From: the human T2T-CHM13v2.0 reference genome, Homo sapiens | DNA: 64,000 bases | Reading direction: 5' to 3' | Assembly: GCA_009914755.4 (NCBI GenBank) | Contig: CP068257.2 | Location: 13,664,001-13,728,000, forward strand | Part shown: positions 24,208 to 38,500 of the stretch, piece after piece | Position numbering within the stretch: the stretch's first letter is position 1 | How the letters are laid out: every line of letters starts with the position of its first letter | The notes under the pieces: model-generated | What the model was told of the DNA's origin: nothing | What the model saw: only the letters and a program-made list of their open reading frames with translations | The model's database searches: none | Position numbers and translations under genes: made by a program

Positions 24208-27055
24208 ACTAGTATTGATATGTGTGGATTTGATCCTGTCATTATGCTGTCTGCTGGTTATGATGTTGGTTTGTTTGTGTGGCAGCTTTATAGTGACACT
24301 GGTCTGTGTGTTTAAGTGTGTTTTTGTATTAGCTGGTAGCAACCTTTTTTCTATATTTAGTGCTCCTTTCAAGATCTCTTGTAAAACAGATCTGTTGGTA
24401 ATAGATTCTCTTAACATTTGCTTATCTGAAAAGGATCTTTCTCCTTCACTTAGGAAGTTTAGTTTGGCTAAAGTGAAATTATTGGTTGAAGATTTTTTTC
24501 TTTAAGAATGTTAAATATAGGTCCCCAATATCTTCTGGTTTGTAGGGTTTCAGCTGAGATATCTGCTGTTAGCCTGATGAAGTTCCCTTTGTAGGTGATG
24601 TCTCCTTTCTCTCTAGCTGCCTTTAACATTCTTTTTTTTTTCACTTTGACCTTGGAAAATATGATGATTATGTTTCTTGAGAATGATCTTCTTGTATAGA
24701 ATCGTGCAGGAGTTCTCTGTATTTCCTGAATTAGACTGTTGGCCTCTCTAGCAAGGTTGGGGACATTATCATGGGTGTTACCCTAAATTATGTCTTCCAA
24801 GTTTTTTGCTTTCTCTCCCTCCCTTTCAGTGATGCCAATGATTCATAGATTTGGCTTCTTTAAATAATTCCATACTTCTCAGAAGTTTTGTTTCTTCCTT
24901 TTTATTTTTTTTTATCTTTGTCTGACTGTCTTATTTCAGTGAACCAGTCTTCAGGTTCTGAGATTATTTCCTCAGCTTGGTTTATTCTGCTGTTAATGCT
25001 TGTGATCACATTGTGAAACTCTTGTATTGTGTTATTCAGCTGTGTGAAATCCATTAGATTCTTTTTTCTACTAACTTATCCCTCACCTCATGTGTTGCTT
25101 TATTATGATTCTTATTTTCCTTGGACTGAGCTTTGTCATCCTCCTGAATCTCAATAATCTTTCTTCCTACCTATTTCTGTCATTTCGGCCAGTTTAGCCT
25201 AATTAAGAACTCTTATTGGAGAACTGGTGCAGTTGTTTGGAGGACATATGACACTCTAGCCCTTTGAGCTGTTGGAGTTCTTATGTTGGTTCTTTCTCAT
25301 CTCTGCATGTGGGTGTTCCTTTAACTTCAGTGTAGATTAAGTATAGTAAATAGACTTATTTTCTGGATGTTTTCACTGAGCTGAGGCTTTGTGCAGGGTT
25401 TTTATTTGAAGCTGACTTCTGTCTCTTGTTTCAGAATGGAGTATGTTAGTGAGGTATTTTTGGTGTTGAAGCTGCGGAATCCAGCAGGTGGTATTTAGGC
25501 TTATTGTTCAGTTGGTAGACTCTTGCTTGATTCTGTGGTTCTCCTATGTTTCTTCACAGTTGCAGCTGTGCTCCCTCTCAGTGCTCTGAAAGTGTGGGTT
25601 CTTCTTTCCCTTGCGTGCTGGCTGTAGATCCCAGCTTAGCACTCCTAGGTTGACCAGTGCAGCTCTGAGGCAATCACAGTGGTTATATTCTTTCCCCAAT
25701 TTGGAGGCAACAGAGGAAGGAACCTTAGTAGTGGTTGTGGCCAAGGGTCATTTGCTTATCTCCTGAGGGCTCCACCCCAGAGAGATTCAGGCCATTAATT
25801 ACTCAGTGTAATCAGCCCAGGATGGAGGGTCTGTGCTGTGGTCCCAAGCCAGGGGTCTGCTGATAGGCAGTAGGATGTGTGTGACCCATGAGAGATGGAC
25901 TGGCCTCCTTTCCTTGGGTCAACTGCAACTTATTGGAGATGTGGATAAACCACTTAGGTTTTCTGCCTCTTCATTAGTGCAAGGGTGGCAAGGGCAGTAG
26001 CAGAGAGGCTTTCAGTTGCCCCTGAAGGCTCTGTCCAGGGAGTTGGTGAGTTTGCTGCTGGCTCAATAGCTCTGGCAGGGGGCGGCTGGAGGCCTAGGCC
26101 TGGAGGACCTGCGTGGTGAGGAGATATAAGAACAACCACCCACCTAACAATCTGGCTAATTTTCCACAGGGTTGCTGCAGTATGTTGGGGGCCCATTCCA
26201 GTCTCTAGTCACCTCAAATTTTTCAGTACCTGGCAATATCAACAGTGAGGCCTACAAAACAGCAAAGATGGCAGCCTGCCCCTCCTTCTGGGAGCTTCAT
26301 CCCAGGGACATTCATCCCTGTTGCTGGCTTAAACACACCTGTAGGAGGGGGCTGGAGACGCCAGTTAGGAGATCTCTCCTAGTAAGGAGGAACGGGATTG
26401 GGGACCTGCTTCAAAAAACAGTCTGGCCATGTTTTAGTGGAGCATCTGTGCTGTGCTGGGGGTCCACTTCAACCCCCAGTCACCTTGCACACTCCAAAGC
26501 CTGAAGACTGGAACGGCTAAGTCGCCCAAACAGCAACAATGATGGCCTGCCCCTCCCTCTGGGAGCTCTATCCCAGGGAGGTTACAAATCTCTGTCAGCT
26601 GGAGAACACCAGCGGGGTGGTTGGAGGCCCTGGTTGGGAGGTCCTGCCCAGTGAGGAGAAATAGGATTTGGGACCCACTTAAAGGAGCAATCTGGCTATG
26701 TTTTCATAGAGCAGCAGTGCTGTACTGGGGTATTTCTGCCCCCAGTCAGCTCAGACTCTCCAAACCCTGAAGGCTGGAGTGGCTAAGTTGCCCAAACAGC
26801 AAAGATGGCAACCTGGCCCACCCTCTGGGGAGCTCCCTCTCAGGGAGGTGCAAAGCTGCTACCAGTGGCTGGCTAGAATTGCACGCCAGTGGGTCTTATC
26901 CTGTGAGGTACTGTCAAAGTGGGGCCTGCCAGGTGTTCCTACTCAGGCCCCTGGATTCAGTCTCTTTCCTAGGGGTATGTACAGAGGCCTCACCTCCCAC
27001 TTTGCTGGAGCTGCAGCTACTTTTGCCAGTAAAAATGCTGAAAAGCAAGTGATTC
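24208..27055 (-). mobile_element. L1 5' portion (5'UTR with tandem monomers, ORF1, start of ORF2), minus orientation; older primate L1P-type
   Basis: 24520-24640 reads 'ggtttcagctgagatatctgctgttagcctgatgaagttccctttgtaggtgatgtctcctttctctctagctgcctttaacattc'. This is the reverse complement of the L1 ORF1/ORF2 junction region. 24660-25500 continues the antisense ORF1 similarity. 25990-27055 carries repeated 5'UTR units. Confidence 0.8.
25990..27055 (-). repeat. About 270-bp tandem units (roughly 3.5-4 copies) inside the L1 5'UTR
   Basis: Units start at about 26261, 26531 and 26799 ('agcaa(a/c)a(g/a)atgg.a.cctg.cccc.cc.tctgggagct...cagggag...'). A further degenerate unit lies at about 25990-26260, where 'ctggaggcctaggcctggaggacctgcgtggtgaggagatataag' aligns with 'gttggaggccctggttgggaggtcctgcccagtgaggagaaatagg'. 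Confidence 0.8.
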
Positions 27056-27689
27056 AATAAAAGGACAATTCATTTAAAGCTAATGTCATAGAACAATTTG
27101 AATGTGAAATTGAATTGGCAAAGAAATAAATAAGACCAAGAGGCAAAACGTGAGTTACTTTCCTGCTTCTACTGATTCAGGGCTTCACTATGGATTTTAA
27201 AAATATTTTACTTAAGTATTGCAAATTCCCAAGAAATGTACACCAGTGCTCAAAAGCAAGTACAAGAATAAAATCTACTCTAAAATATTATTTATTAAAC
27301 TGAAAATATTCTTTCCAAAATCAGGATTAAGACATGAATGTCTGCTCCTGTCATTCTATTAAACGTTATATTTGAGGTTCCAGTTAGGTCAATTCAACAA
27401 GACAAAGAAATACAAATGAAGTTAGGCAGATTGAAAAGAAAAAAGTAAAAGTACCTGTATTTGCAGATGACATGATCTTAGATAGATAAACTCCTAGAAG
27501 TCCACAGAAGAAAAATATTAGAGCTAATAAATGAATTCAGCAAAGTTGTAGGATACAAGAACAATATATAAACATGAGTTGGATATTTAAACACTAGAAA
27601 TTAACAACCTGTAAGTAAAATTTGTACAAGTCCATTTATAATAGCATCATAAAGAATAAAACACATGAGAATTTTTCTGTCTTTTTTAT

Positions 27690-28060
27690 AAAAAAATTAT
27701 AAATTCAAGGGAGTACATATGCAGTTTTGTTACATAGGTATATTGTCTAATGTTGAGGTTTGGGCTTCTAGTAAGCTTGTCTCCCAAATAGTAAACAGAG
27801 TACCTAATAGGTAGCTTTACAACTCTCAACCCATTCCTACTTTCCCATCTTTTGGAGTCTCCGTCTTTATGAACATGTGTAGTCATTATTTAGCTCTCAC
27901 TTATAAGAGGGAAGATGAGGTATTTGATTTTATGTTTCAGAGTTATTTCACTTAGGATAATGTCTTCCCATCCCATTCATGTTACTGGGAAAGACATAAT
28001 TTCATTAGTTTTTATGGCTACATAGTATTCTATGGTGTATGCATATTTTCTTTATCCACC
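27690..28060 (-). mobile_element. Younger L1 3'-end fragment (about 370 bp), minus orientation, nested inside the L1M
   Basis: Poly-T then 'ttataaattcaagggagtacatatgcagttttgttacataggtatattgtctaatgttgaggtttgggcttctagtaagcttgtctcccaaatagtaaacagagtacctaataggtagc...tctcacttataagagggaagatgaggtatttgattttatgtttc...ggctacatagtattctatggtgtatgcatattttctttatccacca'. This is the reverse complement of the L1P 3' end. Diverged direct repeats flank it: 'catgagaattt' at 27670-27690 and 'taaggataaattt' at 28061-28075. Confidence 0.8.
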
Positions 28061-29291
28061 ATAAGGATAAATTTAACCAAAGAAGTGAAAGATTTGTACA
28101 CTGAAAATTATAAAACATTGTTGAAATAAATTAAATGTCTACATAAATAAAAAGACATCCTGGGTCATGGGCTTGAAGACCTAATATTGTTAAGGCAATC
28201 ACAATTCCAAATTTTTTCTGAAGATTCAACATAATCTCATCAATATTTCAACTGCTTCTTTTCTCTTTTCAAAAATGGACGAGATTATTCTAAAATTTAT
28301 ATGGAAATTCGAGGGACCCTGAATAGTCAAAACAATTTTGAAAACAAAAAAGAAAGTTGGGAGAATCCCACATCTCACTTTCAAATCTTACTACAAGGCT
28401 ACATTCATTAAGACAGTGAGGTAGTGGCATAATGACACACTCACAGACCCATGGGATAGAACTGAGAGTCCAAAACTAAATCCGTATGTCCATAGTCAAC
28501 TGATTCCCACAGAGTACCAAGGCCATGCAATGGAAAAACAAATAATATTTTCAACAAATAGTGCTGGAACAAATGAATAGCCACCTGCAGAAAAAAGAAA
28601 TTGGACCCCTGCTTCCTACCATACAAAAGAATTAACTCAAAATGGATCAAAGAGCTAAATATATAGTGTTCCATAACACTATCAGAAGAAAACATAGGTG
28701 TAAATCTGCAAAGTCTTGGACTAGAGAATAGTTTCTTAGATATGGCCACTAAAAGCATAAGTAATAATAACAAACAGTGCATAAATTTGACTATAATAAG
28801 TTTAAAACTTTTGTGCTTTAAATGACACTATCAAGAAAGCAAAAAGACAACCCACAGATTGGGAGGAAATATTTGCAAATTTTACAACTGTTAAGAGGTC
28901 TCGTATACAGAATACATAAAGAACACTTACAACCCAAAAATAAAAAGACAAGTAACCTAATCAAAAAATAAAGGATCAAAAGAGACATTTTTAGGGAAAA
29001 AAAAGATACAAAAACATCCATGATTAATTATTATGGAAACACAAATTAAACCTTTAATGAGAACCACACCACAATTATGAAGATGGCAATAATAATAATT
29101 TTTTTAAGGGCGAGAACAGGTGTTAGTGAGAATGTGGAGAAAGTGGAATGCTAATACACTGCTAGAAAGAACATAAAATATTGCAGTTACTATGGAAGAC
29201 AGTTTTGTTCATCAAAAAGTTAAACATAGAATTACCATATACTCCAGCAATTCCACTCCTAGTTATATACCGAAAAGAAATACAAACATGG

Positions 29292-29697
<406 letters not shown>

Positions 29698-31079
29698 TCA
29701 AAAAATTAAAAATAGAACTACTGTATGATGAAGCAATCCCACTAGTGCATGTATATCCAAAGGAAACGAAATCAGTATGCTAGATATCTGCACACCCATT
29801 TTCATTGCAACGTTATTTAGAATAGCCAAGATATGGAATCAACCTAAGTGTCCATCAACAGAGGAATGGATAAAGAACATGTAGAACGTATGGAACACCA
29901 TTCAGCCTTTAAAAAGAAGCAAATCCCGTCATTTGAAACAACATGAGTGAATCTGGAGAACACTATGTTAAGTGAAATAAACCAGGCTCAGAAAGACAAA
30001 TACCTCATGATCTCACTTACATGTGGAATCTAAAACAGTTGAACTCACAGAAGCAGCGAATACAATGATGGTTACCAGGGACTGGAAAGAAGGCAGTTGG
30101 GAAGGTGTTGGTCAAAGGATATAAAATGTCAATTAGATAGAAAGAGTAAGTTCAAGATATTTATTGTATAACATGATGACAATAGTTAACAACAATGTAA
30201 TATTTTCTTGAAAATTGCTAAGAGAGTAGATTTTAAGTGCTTTTATCATGAAAAATAAATATGTGAGGTAATGCGTACGTTAATTAGCTTGATCTAGCCA
30301 TTACACAATGTATAAATATTTAAAACCATCATGTTGTACAAGAGGTATATACAATTTTTCTTTCTCAGTTAAACATTATTTTTAAAATGGTGTGTTTTAT
30401 GTTATACAAATTATAGCTGAGTTAAAAAAAGAACTTTAAAAATCATTTATTTTGAGTTATACACTAATTCCAGTAATCTTTTCTGCCACTCTGTATATGA
30501 ATATTTTAAACTAATTGAGAGCTAAAGCACCTTTTTATTTCGAAGAATGGTCCTTCCTCAAAACACACTATTTAAAACCAATTCCCCATGGAGTGTCATT
30601 CTTCACTTGCAGAGAATATCTTTCTTAGTCTAAACTATGTGAATACAGACTCAGGTTCTCTTAACCTGTCCAAAACATTTGTAAGCTACTAACTAAAAAT
30701 TCAGCGATACATAGAATTAATTTTCTGGATGATTTCTGGTAGGTACCTATAATAATCAGCAGTAAACTGTTTCTCATCCATGTCTGTTACCTAAAGCCCT
30801 AATAAAATAAGTGTGCTATAGAGTGATAGAATTAGGGGAACCATCTCTTTTTTTACATTAAATATTATGAAAAATATTTTATCTAAGAAAGAGTGTTTTA
30901 AATGATTAAGATGAAAAAGATAAATACTCCATTAGTAATAATGGCTCAACTTTGCTCATTTTAACTAACAGCAGACAGAGTTCCCTCCTTAGAGATATCA
31001 ATATTTGAATGCTTTGGGGCAAAGGGAATAAGATAATAAAATTTAGATCCAAGTCTTACCCAAAGGCATCTACCTGTCC

Positions 31080-31100
31080 AAAAAAAAAAAAAAAAAAAAA
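31080..31100. repeat. A21 homopolymer
   Basis: 'tacctgtcc' followed by 21 A then 'cctcttgag'. Confidence 0.95.
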
Positions 31101-32004
31101 CCTCTTGAGTCCCCCTTTTCCTCAGAAAAAAATTCCTAAACCTAAATGAAACCGATCACTTTTTCAGGGTTCCCACCTAAGGACGTAGCATGCCATAGTC
31201 ATCTCTCCTGTCTTGTTCTCCACTATCAGCCATATCCAATCCAACACTGTCTAGTGCATTCATTGCAATTTTATTGTTAGGTATAGTATGAATAAACTAA
31301 CAGTTAGTGTATTCCCTGATTGGTTGGGTCACTGTGGGAGACAGAGCCCATTATCGAAGGATAGAAACTGAGCAGGAGCAAATATTTTCTTTCCTTTCTT
31401 CCAGAGCCATCAAGTCACTGGCTCACAAATTAGGCTATGGAACATGGATTCCCCAGCTAGGTCTTTGACTCTTGAGATGTAAAGATGCAAAGATGCAAAA
31501 ACAGTTTGTGATTGTCCACAGTTGACATGGTGAGATTGAGAGTCCAGTGTGCTGTTCTTACCAGCCTATTCCTCTGGAATGACTTTGGCTGTTTTCTTGG
31601 CTACCTACTGTTCTTTTGTTCTCATGTGTTTTCCAACATCAATTTTCCCATTTCGCATCAATTCTGTTAGTGTCCTGATATCTTTCCAATAAATTCCTTA
31701 TCTGCTGGGGTTGGCTTCTGTTATTCTCAACCAAGAATCTTGATCAGCACAATTGCTAAAGACTTTCAGTTTTCTTTCCTAATTATCTTGGAGACTCTCC
31801 ATGTGTCTCAATCTTCATTACTACTACCATGAAAGTGCAAGCTAAAGCACCTATTTTCATTCTAAGGCAATGGCTTCTGACCTCTTCTACCCATATCCAT
31901 GCATATCCTTTCAGAATTCATCTTCTACACTGCAGCTAGAGGGAATTCTTAAAAACAGAAACTGATAATTTCACTTGGCTTAAATCCTTTAATGGCTTCT
32001 TCTT

Positions 32005-32384
32005 TGATATTGTTTTGCTCTGTGTCCCCACCCAAATCTTATCTTGAATTATAATTCCCACCTGTGGAGGGAGGGCTCTGTAATCCCCATGTGTCGAGGG
32101 AAGGAGGTGATTGGATCATGGAGGTGGTTTCCTCCATGCTGTTCTCATGATAGTAAGTGAGGTCTCATGAGACCTGATGGTTTTATGTGTTTGACAGTTC
32201 CTCCTTCACAGGATCTCTCTCCTGCCACCTTGTGAAGCAGGTGCACACTTCCACTTCCGCCATGATTGTAAATTTCCTGAGGCTTCCTCAGCCATGGAAC
32301 TGTAAGTCAATTAAACCTCTTTCCTTTATAAATTACCCAGTCTTGGACATTTCTTTATAGTGGTGTGAAAACGGACTAGTACAT
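32005..32384 (+). mobile_element. MaLR solo LTR, THE1/MST family
   Basis: 'tgatattgttttgctctgtgtccccacccaaatcttatcttgaattataattcccacctgtggagggagggctctgtaatccccatgtgtcgagggaaggaggtgattggatcatggaggtggtttcctccatgctgttctcatgatagtaagtgaggtctcatgagacctgatggtttt...gccatggaactgtaagtcaattaaacctctttcctttataaattacccagtcttggacatttctttatagtggtgtgaaaacggactagtaca'. Confidence 0.75.
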
Positions 32385-32433
32385 TCTTTTTCCTCAAAGA
32401 CCAAGTCCCTATATGTATTGGTCTCTGCCTACA

Positions 32434-32456
32434 TTTTCTTTTTTTTTTTTTTTTTT
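32434..32456. repeat. Poly-T tract (about 20 nt)
   Basis: 'acattttcttttttttttttttttttgacc'. Confidence 0.9.
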
Positions 32457-35400
32457 GACCAATTTAACTCTGCTCTCTGTGCTCTAACCTCACTGACTTT
32501 TGTTAAATTTTTCAGGTGAATTATGCTACTATGCTACCTATTGCCACAGGACAACTATCTGGGATTTATTTTTATTCATTCAACAAATATAACTTGAGAG
32601 TTCCCCTTTCCCCTAGTTAATTTCAACTCAAACTTAAAACCAAAGCTCAGACATTCTTGGAATCCTCAGTGAAAGCTGGATTTCTTTGTGAGAATCCTTT
32701 CTCTTTCTTTTGACAGCCTATGGGCATCAGTTGTAATCATATACTTGCTGGTGTGATTTTACGAGTCTCTGTCACCCTCAGTAGCCTGTAAGCTTTGGGT
32801 GATCAGGAATCAAATCTATCTCTTAACTTCCTGCTCTATGCTGTTTCCCAGCACAGTGCCTGGAAATTAATGAATAGTCTATTAATAGCTCTTAAATAAA
32901 ACATTCATCAAATAATTCACAGAATATGACTTAGATTTAGAGGGCTATTATACATATATTTCTAAAGTTAAATATTTACTGTATGATTTCTCTTTGTTTT
33001 TCCACATTGTTCAACTTTGTGGTTTATCAATAGATTTCTGGAGGTAAAAGTTTCGCTCTCATTTGTGTTCTCATTCATATTTCCTTTGCCACAATATTTC
33101 TTGCACTATACTTCTTAGAAAAGCAATACTTGAGATCACGTATCTGTATTTTATTGAAGTTACTCAGTTTAAAGCCAGTCATCCTAAATCATTCTAAAGA
33201 CTTCTAAACTGACCTCTACTAAGGAAAAGAAAATGCTTATTTTTTGAAAAATGGCAGCCTTCCTATTCCAGATTTTTTTCCAAGCTTAACATATAGAAAC
33301 ATTTTCTCTCCCCCTGAATTTTACTTAGTCATAAGTTTTTAGCTCAAGTTTCAATTGTAATAGCTGGAAAACATTTAATGCTAAAAAAATGAATGGCTGC
33401 TTCCAAATAACACACTGTTCTTTGAGAAAGATCACTTAAAATATCAGATTCATCTCATCTCCATTATCAGTTGTTCTGAAAGTCTCCTTTGAGTCATTTA
33501 TCTTTGTAATCATTGTTTTCATCCATATATTGGCATTTAGACAGGTATTACAGATAGTATGTAAAAAAAATACACATGTATAAAAATGCGGCCATTATAC
33601 CCCTACTAAAATATTGATCATAAAGGAACCAAATTCAATGTGTTCATTTTTATAATAACTTTAAAGAATTCATGCTTAATTAAAAGTGATATATAAATCA
33701 TGGTGTTTGCTAGCACTATGGACTGTGCTGTTCCCATTCTGCCAAACTTAATATAAAATTAATTGTTAATTTTCAGACCCGTAGTCTTCTCTTCACCAAA
33801 AAATATGCTGATTGTTTAGACATGAGTCAGTGAATTATTAAACTTTATAACTGAGGGCTCTCTTTTGTGATGTCTTAAAGTAATTCTCAAGATTTGACAC
33901 TACTCTCAATGTCTACATTTGCTCCTTCTATACACTGAAAAAAAATGTTTTGTGACACAACTTTCTAGATAAGTCTATGCATCAAGTGTATTTCACAGTC
34001 AGTTGAATGGTTACTATTTCAGTAAAGTGCACTTAGCATTAAGAGTAGCATGACCTTGTAGGGTGGCAAAGAAGGGTTTATCTTTTGCACAATCAAACAC
34101 GACAGTGGACTAATCTAAATTTTTTTCCACTTTATAATACTCGAAGACCTCTAGGTTAGTCTGACCTTACATAAACAAATATAGCAATTCAACAGTCTTT
34201 CACATGCTTGTTCTAAACAAAACTTAAAGCCAAAATAGCCACCAATTCCAGAGTAACTGATGATTAACTTAGGGAGTACTTGGCTCTATCTTCAAGAAGG
34301 TTAACATGACCTGAAATGACAAAATGATTTTACTTACTTACATTGTATGCATTTCATGTGTTGTTAGGATAATGGTTATTTCACTTTTTGAAGGTCAGTC
34401 TGAAAAACTTGACCAGTAAATGTTTCTGTGGCATTGCCCTCTTTCAACCAGAATCTACAATTGTATTGAATGGCTTTTTATTTCTACCATGTTTTTTGGC
34501 CTTGGTAATAAACCACACTGACTCTCTCATTAAGTAGAAATCCAATTCCTTTTTTTCCAGGTGAAGGGAGAACATATTTCCCAATATTTAACCTCATGTA
34601 TGACTGTAATGAGACCTTATTTTTTTCATATCTCTACAGCATCTCTGCAGAGCATTCCATCCTGCTGAACAAGGCTAGTGTATGTCCTTGCTTGTGCCAA
34701 GCTCTTTCCAGACTCTGTGTTCCTAACATTCCCATGACCTGGAATATCTTCTTTCCGTCTGACATTTTTCTTTCTCTCCCTTGTCTATAGTGACTCAGCA
34801 CTTTTAATGATTTTCTATGTACCTCATTATTATGATGGATGAAGCCCATGCCTGGGAAACACCACCATAACTGCATGTAACCAGCACCTCTTATGCTTCT
34901 TAGAAATTCAGCTCTAAATCTCCCCATTCATCTTTCATTCAGGAAATAAAGTTGGAATGTAAGTGAGAATTACATACCGTGAATCAAATCTATTGTTTTA
35001 AATGAAATAATTGGCAAGGCTTTGCAAATTATTCTAGCAGCGAATTATCTATAGCCCATGCCACAAGTGTATCATGGCATTGATTGAAATGCACGGATCA
35101 AGTCAAATTGAATCCTGTTTATTTATTAAGACTCAAATCAAATCAACTATAATTCAGACTATATTCATTCATTCACTCAACAGTTATTCATTGCCTGGAA
35201 CAGAAATTGCACAAGGTGTCAGGGCTATAAAAACAGATAAAGTAGTTATTCTCAAAATGAGCATGGGGCACTCCTCAGTTTTTTGTGACACATATTTTTG
35301 CACTTTTGAGTTGAGCGGATACAAAATCCTTCTGAATACAGCTCTCAAAGCAAAAACTCTATTTATTAGAAATAGCACAGAGATAGATATCTCCACTACA

Positions 35401-37204
35401 GTTAAACAGATAGACATGTAAATTAATAGTCAATCAGTAAACTATAATTTGCAGAGTTAGGTAAACAAGAGCAAAACTTTAATGCCTATTCATTAATTTA
35501 AAATGTATAATTTCTGTAGAACACCATTGGATCCTATGTGAGAGTAAAAAAAATAATCTCTGAATAGAAAGAACAAAGAATTTAGAAGGGGAGATAAAAT
35601 GTACACCCAAATAACAAAAATATTAAGCCAATGTCTTTGTAGATATAATGTCCATGCATTAATTCCATGTTATTTTCTCTAAGTCATTATTTTACCTACT
35701 GCACTATGACTTCTGATCTATGCCTTAATCTTGGATCTTACTGGCACCAGCAATCATTCCTTAGTTTCAAGAAAAAGTAACTTTTAAAATTCTGCATCTT
35801 ACTTGATCATTTCATAGAATTTAAAATTGAGAATCAAGGCTTCTCTGTTTCCAAGCACAATACTTCCGATTTACATCTTACCTTTCTGACAATTCTCATT
35901 CATATATTTTGATCCTTTTTTGTCGTCTACCCCTGACATTTGGTGTTCCTCATTGTCCTTCAGTCTCATGTCTCTTCTCTTGAGATATTCTATCTGATTT
36001 ATTTTTTCTAATCTCAGGATGCTTAGGATTGAACAAGTCCACTAACACCATTCACTTCATAGTGTAAATGAATTGTCTTCCTAAAGTTGTACAGGGCAAA
36101 ATCTACATGGCCAAACCCATACATAATTGTTCTCCATCTATTTCTAGTCTAGAAACTCAGTTCTTTTTCCTTGACTTCTTCCCCATGGTTTATTTAATCT
36201 GTTCCATGAATTAGCCTCATGTATAAATTTACCTGTACAAGCAAAGTTACAGAGATTCCTCTCCACATTGTGTTCCAAACTGCCGCCATCATCCAATTCT
36301 TGAAGCCTGATATCCTTACTTTGTTCAATATTTGGGTTATTATTCACACATTTATTTTCCCAAACTAGAAGTTTAGGAGCCAACTTTGACTTCTTCCATT
36401 TTCTCCACACAAATTCAATCAGTCAGTGTGTCTTGTTAAATCTAACTCTGAAATGTTTTTCGAGTCTGTCACATCTTATTCATTCTTTACAGTTTTATAT
36501 ATAGAAAACAAGTGGTTCTCTTAACTTTTCATCCTGTCCTTAATGTGTCTCAATGTCATGAATTCTTCTCTGCCTATTCACTTTTTGGTCTTTTCTCACT
36601 GTTTCCTGAAAACCTATCTTTGCCCCTGATGTTTTCTTTATGTGAGTGATGTTTCTTACCAAACTATTATAAAAAAATAATTTCCAGGATTCAATTCCAA
36701 TGTGATTCCTTTTAAAACTTTTATTCTTTTAGTTTAATCATCCTCCATGAGATATTACCCTTTCCCTTCTTCTGTTTCCTACAGTATTTTATGTGTGCGC
36801 TAGCAAAACACCTTTGATAATGATCACTTCTTGTAAAATGCTTGTTTCCTTTAATAGACTGTAAATTTCTTCGGGGAAAGAACCAGGAGTTTTCTTTATT
36901 TATGTCTCTTTAGAATATGAATACATGATTAATATATAGAAGATACTTGAAACATTTGGGGGGAATTAAACTGCACTTCTAACGTTCATGTTAAACAACT
37001 AAACAGATGTTTTAAATATACAACACTAGGTGATTCTCACCCAAAAGGCATGCATATTTTAATGCATGATTTTCAGTGACTCTACTTATAAAACTAATGG
37101 GAAATTGACCAAAAGATGAAATATGTTTACCAGTTCCTGAAACTCACAGTTATTATTAAGCTACACAGTGATTTTAGGTGGTATTACTCACTTTGTTCGC
37201 ACAT

Positions 37205-37513
<309 letters not shown>

Positions 37514-38164
37514 TAATGATTAAAATGAGAGAAATGTAGCTTTACTTCCTGAAAATTTACTTGCTTCTGTGGTCCACTCTCTTCCACTTTTATTCCATAA
37601 TCTTGAAAATAAACTGTTCAATAAACACTACTGATGCCTTAAAGATAACTTATAATAAGTAGGTAACATATATCAAGTCACAATTACTTTGACTACCAAC
37701 CCACCCTTCCATTTTGTTCCTGAAAATAAATCAGGAACAATAGATGAACTGTCAATCCCAGGTGTCTCTAAGGCAGAATATTTTTCTCTTGCCAGATCTA
37801 GAGTCATCCTTGTTCCCCTCATTCATATTGTGCTTAAACTTCGCAGGTTTCAACTCTATTTCTGCTCATCACAGTCTTCAAATTGGTTCTCTTTTTATTC
37901 TATCTTCAAACTACATTTATATCTTCCACAGTTGTTTCCCTTCATTTGATTTATGCAAGAAGAATTCAAAGAGCAGTGGAAGAAAGTTTGAGTAGAGAGT
38001 GCAGGATTAGAAACAATACAGAGGTCATGTGGGAGAAACACCAGACACTTGATACAATGTCCTTTTCCAGATGCAATGCCAACACATCATTATGGAGTCT
38101 TCCCAGGGCTCTCATTAACTACAACCTCTGCCCATGTTACTCAAAATGTGATTCAATTCAGTTA

Positions 38165-38500
38165 TTCATTCAACATACGATAACTGTGTGCCTTGTATAT
38201 GGACAGTCATGTTCTAAGCTTGAGGGATACTACAGAGCACAACATAGTTCCTTTTCAAACAAAGCCTTTCTTGTATTCCTATGGGAGAAGACAGGCAATA
38301 AACAAATAGATACATAGCACATCAGTGGGAGAAATATGGTTTTAGGAAAAAAAAAAAACCTAACATGGCAATAGGATGGGGAGATGGAGGAGATTGTGTT
38401 ATTTTACATAGAATAGTCAAGTAAAGCCTCCCTTTGTGGGTGATATTTGAACAGAATATGAAGGAGGAAATGAGCCATAGGACTATCAGTGCAATGAATG
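38165..38500 (+). repeat. Ancient interspersed repeat, family unassigned
   Basis: 'ttcattcaacatacgataactgtgtgccttgtatatggacagtcatgttctaagcttgagggatactacagagcacaac...gacaggcaataaacaaatagatacatagcacatcagtgggagaaat...gtgatatttgaacagaatatgaaggaggaaatgagccataggactatcagtg' parallels the common mammalian repeat 'ttcattcaacaaatatttattgagcacctactatgtgccaggcactgttctagg...gacagacaataaacaaataa...gtgacatttgagcagagacctgaaggaagtgagggagtgagccatg'. A shorter copy of the same motif lies at about 35170-35300. Confidence 0.3.

Noticed and set aside
31180-31990. Possible old LTR/MER fragments between the A21 run and the THE1 LTR
   Set aside because: Only vague resemblance to repeat consensus (e.g. 'aaacagaaactgataatttcacttggcttaaatcctttaatggcttc'). 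It is too diverged to call without RepeatMasker.
35074-35421. 115-aa ORF (+) overlapping a 77-aa ORF (-)
   Set aside because: The overlapping ORFs lie in AT-rich sequence that includes an ancient-repeat motif (35170-35300). Neither has coding-like composition or a start context.
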